This document shows positions 56,178 through 64,000 of a stretch of 64,000 nucleotides of DNA, piece after piece. The position numbers and the translations under genes were made by a program. This stretch comes from Gracilinanus agilis (Eukaryota). The DNA lies in assembly GCF_016433145.1 (NCBI RefSeq), contig NC_058132.1:30782437-30846436 (forward strand), written 5' to 3'. The notes under the pieces were generated by a model. That model was not told where the DNA came from. It made no database searches and saw only the letters and a list, made by a program, of their open reading frames with translations. Position 1 is the first letter of the stretch; each line of letters opens with the position of its first letter.

Positions 56178-57556
56178 TCATACTTGGTGGACAGAAGTGT
56201 ATTGAGTCATTGGAAGGCTGATCCCTTCAAGTGAACGAATACTCGATACCCCAAAAGACCGTCCACTAGAGGCGACGGAGAACAGTCCACAGAGCACGTT
56301 CTTCCCCCCAGCCCAGGGCGGATGATTCTGTCATGGACAGAATCTTAAACTCTAAATTATTTCCCAGTTATGTTATGTGATCCATGTAATTGTCTTCCGT
56401 GTTCTTCAAAGCAATATAGGTCTGCACTGATTTGAGACCATGAGCTTTTGGGGGGCAAAAGTTACCATTGTAGTTATTGTAAGCATTTCATGAATAAATC
56501 TAAGAGTATTCTGGCTGGCAAATTACACAGGGCATTTGGAGAGAAGTTTGTGGAACAAAAACCACTGGGCTCAGCAAGCACCAAGTTCCAATCCTCCCTC
56601 ACATATTTATTAATTGCAGGGCCCTGGGCAAATTATTTAACCTCAGCCACAGTTTACTCATTTATAAAATGGGGATAATAATAGTACCTGCCACATTTGA
56701 TTGGTGGGAGGATCAAATGAGATGTTAATTGTGACGTGGTTTGTAACCCTTAAAACCCTGATTGAATGCTATCTATTATTCCACTCCAGTGCATGTGGCA
56801 GGTAGTCATCCAGCCCCTGAAAGACCTCTATGGATAGGGAATCCTCCCGCTTCTGAGGCAGCTTGTTCCACACTGGGACAGCTCTCCTCGTAAAGAAGTT
56901 TATCCTGAATATTGAGCTTATGTTGATTCCAGCTCCTGCCTGCTGCAGTTTCTAGCTCTGCCATCTCGGGCAGCCCCTATCTCCAGCTCTACCGGTGGCC
57001 TCCTTTTATTTGAGCCTTCCATGAAATGGACTTGAAGCCCTTCAGTGTCCCAGCTGCCCTCCTCCAGACCCCTCAGCCTATTGATGTCCTCCTAAATTCT
57101 GGAGCCCACAATCAAGCCCTAAACTGCAGAGATGTGGATGATCCCACCTCCCTGAATCATTCCCTCATGTTTCGAGGACAGTATCAATCTATTTCCCCAA
57201 GTGTTCTTAGTCACTAAACTTTTACTGAATCTAGATTTCACATATTACTATGGGGGGGGGGGTCTGGGAAGGGGGAGATCCCAAAGCCCTGAGAGCTTCC
57301 TTCCAGTTAAGCCGATCATCCTAATGTCCTCCAGTCCAACCACTGAGACTGTTTCTGATCAAACTGAATAAAGTACTTTGAGGAGGTAGCTGGGTAGGTA
57401 GCATAGTAGATAGGGCTCCAGGTCTGGAGTAGGGAGGATCTGGGTTCAAATTTGATCTCAGAAACTTAACTAGCTGTATGACCCCCTGGGCAAGTCAGTT
57501 AACTCCTTTACCACTCTTCTGACTTGGAACTAATACTCAGAATTGATTCTAAGATA

Positions 57557-57620
57557 GGAAGGAAGGAAGGAAGGAAGGAAGGAAGGAAGGAAGGAAGGAA
57601 GGAAGGAAGGAAGGAAGGAA
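57557..57620 (+). repeat. (GGAA)16 microsatellite at the tail of a SINE (~57380-57556)
   Basis: Perfect tetranucleotide repeat. Confidence 0.97.
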
Positions 57621-58609
57621 GGAGAAAAAGAAACAAAGAAAAAGAAGAAAACTTTGGGACCAACTTGGCTGAGGCCATGATCCAGAGGCCAACATTCCAT
57701 TCTGTCTCCTCACTAGCAGGATGTGGGATACTCAGAGCCACCCAGGGCCCCACCCAGTGCCACAAACTAGGCAGCAAGGAAATATGTTTGGAACACACCA
57801 TTGGGGCAGTAAGAATCTAGTCTATTCTCCAAAGAAAAGGGAAGAAAAGTCATCTCTGGGCCATGGGCAACTTCTAACCTCTGTTTCTTAGCTCTCAGAT
57901 ACTACTTGCCATCCATCTCTCCTGCCCTGCTATTCCCCATTAGGCTTATAATGTCATGCTCCCTATGGGCACCAACCCTACTCAAGCTGAACCAGGAGGA
58001 ATGCTTTCTCAGGAACATTGCTTGTCCCCACTGATCATCACCACTGTTTGTCCATCCTAAAACCTGGGTCTTTGGCTGATGCTTACCCTCTTGGTAGGTT
58101 CTTGGCCAGCAGTGTCCTTGGTCACTGTGACCTTACTTCCCACAAGTATACTTCCCATAGCTCATGAAAGAGCAGACCCCACTGAGGACTGAGAGCAGGA
58201 GGAAAGATGAATGGAACGGGTACCCAGAGGCTTGGAAATAAACCAAACATTTGCCAGCCACCAGTAAATTACTCTTATAGGAAGCATTATTCATTTCATC
58301 AGATTCTCTCCTGTTCTTGTGGGCTGAAGAGTCAGGACCATCCTATATCCACAGCCAGAGGGACCACAGCCCCCTCCTCATCCAGATGAAAAAACCGAGG
58401 CCCACAGAGGGGAAGAGACTTGCCCAGGATCACAAAGTAAGTGAATCTGGAGTCGGAACTTTTGATATTTAAAAGTGAGGCCAGAACCAGATGAAAATGT
58501 CACTGGATCTCACTTAACTGCCTTTGCCTAGCCCTCACTGCTCTACCACCTTGGAGGTAATACACAGTATTGATTTGATGACAGAAGGAAAGGTTTTAAA
58601 AAATATATC

Positions 58610-59250
58610 ATTCTGTCTGCCCTTTGATCCAGCCATACCACTGCTATACCCCAAATAGATAATAAGGAAAAAGACTTATACAGAAATATTTATAGCCGCG
58701 CTCTTTGTGGTGGCAAAAAATTGGAAAATGAGGGGATGCCCTTCAACTGGGGAATGACTGAATAAACTGTGGTATCTGTTGGTGATGGAATATTATTGTG
58801 CTGAAAGGAATAATGAACTGGAGGAATTTCTATGTGAACTGGAACGACCTCCAGGAACTGATGCAGAGTGAAAGGAGCAGAGCCAGAAGAACATTGTACA
58901 CAGAGACTGATACACTGTGGTAAAATCGAATGTAATGGACTTCTGTACTAGCAGCAATGCAATGACCCAGGACAATTCTGAGGGACTTATGAGAAAGAAC
59001 ACTAACCACATTCAGAGGAAGAACTGTGGGAGCAGAAACACAGAAGAAAAACAACTGCTTGATCACATGGGTTGATGGGGATATGATTAAACGATCACCC
59101 TAGTGCAAATATTAATAGGTCTTGATCAATGGCACATGTAAAGCCCCATGGAATTGCGTGTTGGCTACAGGAGTGGAGTGGGAGGAGGGGAGGGAAAGAA
59201 TGTGAATCCTGTAACCATGGGAAAGTGTTCTAAATTAATTAATTAAATGA
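58610..59250 (+). mobile_element. 5'-truncated marsupial L1 3' end (short antisense L1 tails also at ~8230-8370, ~30630-30760, ~51370-51545, ~61995-62125)
   Basis: CCCTTTGATCCAGCCATACCACTGCT..GTGGTGGCAAAAAATTGGAAAATGAGGGGATG..GTAACCATGGGAAAGTGTTCTAAATTAATT. Confidence 0.85.
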
Positions 59251-61020
59251 ATTTTAAGAAATTTATTATACTAAAATTGAATAAATATATGATAGGTATA
59301 TAAAAATGTCATTGAGAAATGTTTAACAAAATAACTAAAAACAGGATACAGCATAAATACGGTTCATTTGTGATTTTCTAAAGCCATTTCAATTTGAGGT
59401 TGACACCCTGAACCTAAAGGATTTGCTCTTTAAAGAGAACTCATTAAAGGCCAAAAAGCTTTAAAGGGCCTCACGTGGAACTCCCAAGGGGAGAGTTTCA
59501 GCCACCAAGACAGGTCTTTCCTGAAATATAAACTTTGTCTTTACCTATCCCAGGCCAAAGGCTTCAGATCAATATTCCATTGCTTTGCAAGCACTTACTA
59601 GCCCAGGATTACAAGCCTGGTGCTTGCTTGGCACACAGTCTGGTACATTAATCAGTCAATTATTAAGTGTTTATTAAGCACCTACTGCCTGCCAGGCACC
59701 ATCCTAAGAACTGAGGCAAAGGCATTCCCTGCCTTCAAGGAGCTTACAATCTAGTTGTGGAGACAACATGCAAGCAAATAGATACACAGCAAGTTCTAAA
59801 CAGAATAAAGAGGAAGTAACAGAGGGAAGGCACTGGAATTAAAGGGGGTTGGCAAAGGGGACAGTGAGGTGGTACAATGGATAGAGAGCTGGGCTTAGAG
59901 TCAGAAAGACCTGGGTTCAAATCTGGCTTCAGACACTCCCTAGCTGTGTGACCCTGGGCAGGTCACATAATCCCAATTGCCTAGCCCTTACCACTTCTCC
60001 CTTGATTCTAAGACAAAAGATAAGGATTTTTAATTGTTTTTAACTTTTTTAAACCCTAGTATCTTTTATATATATCCTTCTATATTAATTTTATTTGTTA
60101 CAGGGCTAGGCAATGGAGGTTAAGTGACTTGCCCAGGGTCACACAGCTAGGAAGTGTCTGAGGCCAGATTTGAACCTAGGGATAAGGGTTTTTTAAAAGG
60201 CATGGAGGTGTTAGGAGAGTGGGAAGATGATTCCAGAAGAGTAGGGGGAGGCACGAAGCAGAGTTGATTCATCAATCAACAAGTGTTTTTCAAGCAGCTA
60301 CTGTACCCAGCTCTGCTAGGAGCTAAGTAAACGTGTTGGAAGAATAAAACCAACTGTTTCATTCATCCATTCATGAGGCCTGATGCCTCAGGTTGCTCAC
60401 CTTTTCTTGTTTGTCGATTTAAGACAACCTACAGACCCCCATCCCTCCCAGGCTGGTTCGGGACCTGCGATCCTTTTTAACAAGACTCTTCATTCCATAG
60501 AGAGCCCTAATCCCATTGGGAGAGGGAAGATGGTGCCCAGAGAGCTGAGCCTGGCTCCTTTCTGGACCCCAAAGGCCGTGGGTCAAGGGGAGGGTGAGAA
60601 ACTGGCCGGAAGGGATCCGGACAGCCCTGCCTGTTGGCCAGCTAGGAAATGAGAAGACATTTCATTTACAGCAAGTAGAAATTGTTTTATGAGAATCCCT
60701 GTAGAACTGTGAAGGTAGGATTATGAAAGAGCCTCTCCTCGGTTACCTGAACCCCATGAGTTGTCCAGAAAAGCTCAGGGGTGTGGGCTAAACTGGTGGC
60801 CTGTGAACTGCCAGATGCATCCACCAGGGCGGCTCTGCCAATAGGCTGAACAGCACCAGCCACAGTCCTCAAGAGGTGAGTCTAGTCCTGATGGTTTCTG
60901 GGTGAGGTACCCGGAGATGTGGCAGGAACAACTCCTTCACCTGATGCCCCTAGAGGGGGAAACCGAGTCCAGAGGCCCTCAGAATCCCAGAATGTGAGAG
61001 CTCTCAAAAGCCATGCTGCA

Positions 61021-61217
61021 GGGGGCAGCTGGGTAGCTCAGTGTATTGAGAGCCAGGCCTAGAGATGGGAGGTCCTGGTTTCAAATCTGACCTCAGACAC
61101 TGCCCAGCAGTGTGACCCTGGGCAAGTCACTTGACCCCCATCGCCCACCCTTACCACTCTTCCACCTAGGAGCCAATACGCAGAAGTTAAGGGTTTAAAA
61201 TTAAAAAAAAAAAAAAA
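61021..61217 (+). mobile_element. Young SINE1-like element with 14-bp TSD
   Basis: AAAAGCCATGCTGC at 61006-61019 and 61218-61231; long A tail. Confidence 0.9.
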
Positions 61218-63393
61218 AAAAGCCATGCTGCCCGGCACTTCCGTTGGAGAGAAGAAACTAGGGAGCAAAGAATGGGAATGACTGGGTCAGGGTCATGCAG
61301 GGAGATAAGCCTGGGATGGAGGCCTGCTTTCGCCACTTCCATTTCTCCTTCAGTGACACCCAGTGTTGGAAGAGACCTCAGTGGTCTTCTTGTCATAGGA
61401 TCCCAGATGGAGAGCTGGAAGGGGCCTTGGTGGCCATCAAATATCTTTACAGATGAACAAACCAACGGCCCAAAGATTTTCAGTGATTCGTCCAAGATTA
61501 CAAGCAGCAGTTGGGATCTGAACCCAGGTCCTCCACCTACAAACCCAGAACTCTTTGCCACTGTGCAACACGCCTCAGAAAGAATCCCCTCAGCAATCCA
61601 TCAGACATGGCCATCCAGCCCCAGGGAGAGGGAGCCTGCTTCCTCCCAGATCACTCCTTAACTCAAGGGGCTGTTGAGAGGAGAGTGTGACGGCCTCATC
61701 TCCCTCCTCCAAGAGCCACCATCTGGAGCCAACCCGGCTTCCCGGTCAGTTGGTATAAGGGCACCAAATTTGCCTGCTGCCGATTCTCTGCCATTTGCAT
61801 GGCCTGCCTCCCAACCCCACCCCACCCTGGGGTGTTTGGGGAGGGGGAATGTCAATCTGCTACACCACAGACCTCTTAGTGGGGGGAAGACTGGGGCACC
61901 CGCTGAGGCCCCATGACTTCCTTGACAGAAAGAGGGTTCTGAGCAACTCCAGGCCTCAGTTTCCCCATCTGTAAAATGTTAAAGGTTGGACTAGATTAGG
62001 GGTTCTTTTTATAAAATTTTAATAACAAATTTCCAAAGTCATATAATCCAAATTGTGTCCCTCCCTTCTTCCCTTCCCACTGTCCCGGATTTGGCAAGCC
62101 ATTCAGGCTGGGTTACACATGTATTTAGATGAGCAGTTCTTACCCTAAGGGCTGTGAACTTTTTAAAAAATTTTAATGACTATTTCATTATAACCGGTTT
62201 CCTTTTAATCCTATGGATTTCATTTTATGCATTTTAAAACATGATTCTTCTAATAAGAGGTCCTTACGGGGTCCAGCCTGTCTAAAGAATCCAGGAGACA
62301 ACAACGGTTAAGAAGTCCTGATTTACTGAATGATCTCTAAAGTCTAGAGATAGCTAGGTGGTGCAATGGATAGAATGTCAGGCTTAGAGTTGAGAAGACC
62401 TGAGTTCAAATCCAGCCTAGCTGTGTGACCCTGAGTAAGCCATTTCACCATGTGTGCCTCCGTTTCTTCATCTGTCAAATAAGCTGGAGAAGGAAATGGC
62501 AAACCACTCCAGTGTCTTTGCTGAGAAAAACCCCAAATGGGGTCACGGAGAGTCGATCAAGACTGAAAAACAATTCCAAGTTCTGGTGAGTCTGGGCTCT
62601 CCTAACCTCCTTGATCCATCAACTCATCCAAGCTAGCCCATCTGGACTAAGTTTTGTCCGAATGCATATACAACCCCCCACAAGGGGGTCTGTCTAGCAA
62701 CCAAGGGGGCCTTTCTCAAGTTCTCCTGAAAAGTGGGTACCAAGAGAATAGATGAACTACCCATTTCTTCCAAGTATATATTTCTCCAACATCTTCCTTT
62801 ATGATGCTTCTGTGTCAACCCCAATCCATGCCCCTCTTCATCACCCTTTGGGAAATCCTTAATTTCACTTCAACAAACAATTACTAAGCATATTACTATG
62901 TACCAGGCCTGTTTCAGGTCCTGGGGAGCCAAAGATAGAAATGAAACTGTCTCTGCCTTCTCCAAGTTTATATTCTACTGATGAGATTTAATTAACCATT
63001 TACTCCCCATATGATGTTGGGCAAAACATTGAACCAAGCCCCACCCCCCAGCTTCAAAAGAGCACCTGATCTGGAGTCAGAGGATCTGAATTCAAATTCT
63101 GCCTTTGACGCTGATTATCAGAAATAGGAGAATTTCTCTGCCCTTGTCCCTCCCTTTCCTTCTTCATTGGTGCCCCCAACCCCAGCATTCTGAGTCAGAA
63201 GTCTGACCTCCAGAGTCCAGGGGAGGAGAAATACATGAGCCTTGAGAATTTTTGAGATCCAGTGGAAGACAAGATTGGAATTTAAGGGAACTGGGATAGA
63301 ATCCTGAAACTACCATTCACTAGGCCTGTGACATTGGACAAGGGAGGCTTCTCTCTTCTCTATGTCTCAAGAGATAACCTGGGCCCTTCCAGC

Positions 63394-64000
63394 TGTAAGA
63401 ATTAAATTTTAATGGTTTGACTAAAAGATATGAAAATTATATATATAAATAATATGGTGGTTGCCAGTCTAAAGTATTATTGCTCAAAGTCTAAATGACT
63501 TTTAATAGCTTTTATTTACAAAAGAGGTAGAAAGAGTGAAAGTAGAGAAATACAAAAGATAGAGAAGATATTTTAGCCTGTCTTAACTAAATATTGCACC
63601 TTGCTCGATTCAGCCAGGACTTTTTGACCCTCAACCAGAATTAAACTCTCTCCAGAATTCGGGAAAGGAAAGTGAGCTATTCACTCACCCAAGTTCCCTC
63701 CAAAAGGCAAGTCAAGAGGATGACTCAAGCTGAAGGTGACTCCTGAGGCCAACTTTTTTCCTTAAGTCAACTCTCTTCTTGAAGCCAACTTCCTTCCTGG
63801 AGTCAACTTCCCTTGCCCCAGAAATTCAGGCCCTTTTATAGTGGCTTCTTGTCCCTTCCACTTTTCACAAGAGCCAATCACAGCTTTCAAGGTGCCCAGC
63901 ACTGCGGCAGGGGGCAGTATTTGTGGGAACCACTTCTCACCTTCTGGAGAGGTGTGAATTCTCATTTCCTGGCTGATTGAGTTGAAAAGCTGGAGAGCTC
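63394..64000 (-). mobile_element. ERV-type LTR, truncated by the window end
   Basis: Read on the minus strand: TATAAAA 63834-63840, AATAAA 63511-63516, terminal ..CA at 63394; short internal CAACTTCC-like repeats. Confidence 0.6.

Noticed and set aside
57524-57820. ORFs with RKEG/PSFL repeats
   Set aside because: Translation of the (GGAA)n microsatellite.
56200-64000. Search for TAS1R3 exons expected downstream of CPTP
   Set aside because: No class C GPCR-like coding sequence found; probably beyond the window.
1-64000. tRNA, rRNA, snoRNA or CRISPR-like arrays
   Set aside because: The tRNA-like A/B boxes all belong to SINE heads; no convincing RNA gene or spaced repeat array seen.

Overview
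Eukaryotic genomic DNA, most likely an opossum-type (didelphid) marsupial judging from its SINE1/MAR1/RTE/L1 repeat content. It covers the conserved PUSL1 - INTS11 (CPSF3L) - CPTP (GLTPD1) block. PUSL1 (+; ATG 237; 7 well-supported exons to 13542; last exon uncertain) starts in a GC-box/CCAAT CpG island. INTS11 (-; 17 coding exons, 47213 to 15642, 600 aa) and CPTP (+; 2 coding exons, 52123-53834, 214 aa) share a bidirectional promoter near 48.7-49.0 kb. The most notable feature is an intronless, intact class A GPCR ORF (14106-15125, 339 aa, P2Y/LPAR6-like) between PUSL1 and INTS11. To my recollection human has no gene at that position. Its canonical activation motifs are degenerate (DRY to DCH, D2.50 to G, NPxxY to SPLLG), and it appears to share its poly(A) signal with PUSL1. 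Introns are packed with SINEs, L2/MIR, RTE, a decayed ~7 kb L1, hAT and Tigger MITEs, and an LTR at the right edge. One 176-nt N gap hides the start of PUSL1 exon 2. Exon coordinates were derived by eye from GT-AG sites and reading-frame continuity. Repeat family names and human comparisons come from memory and need database confirmation.
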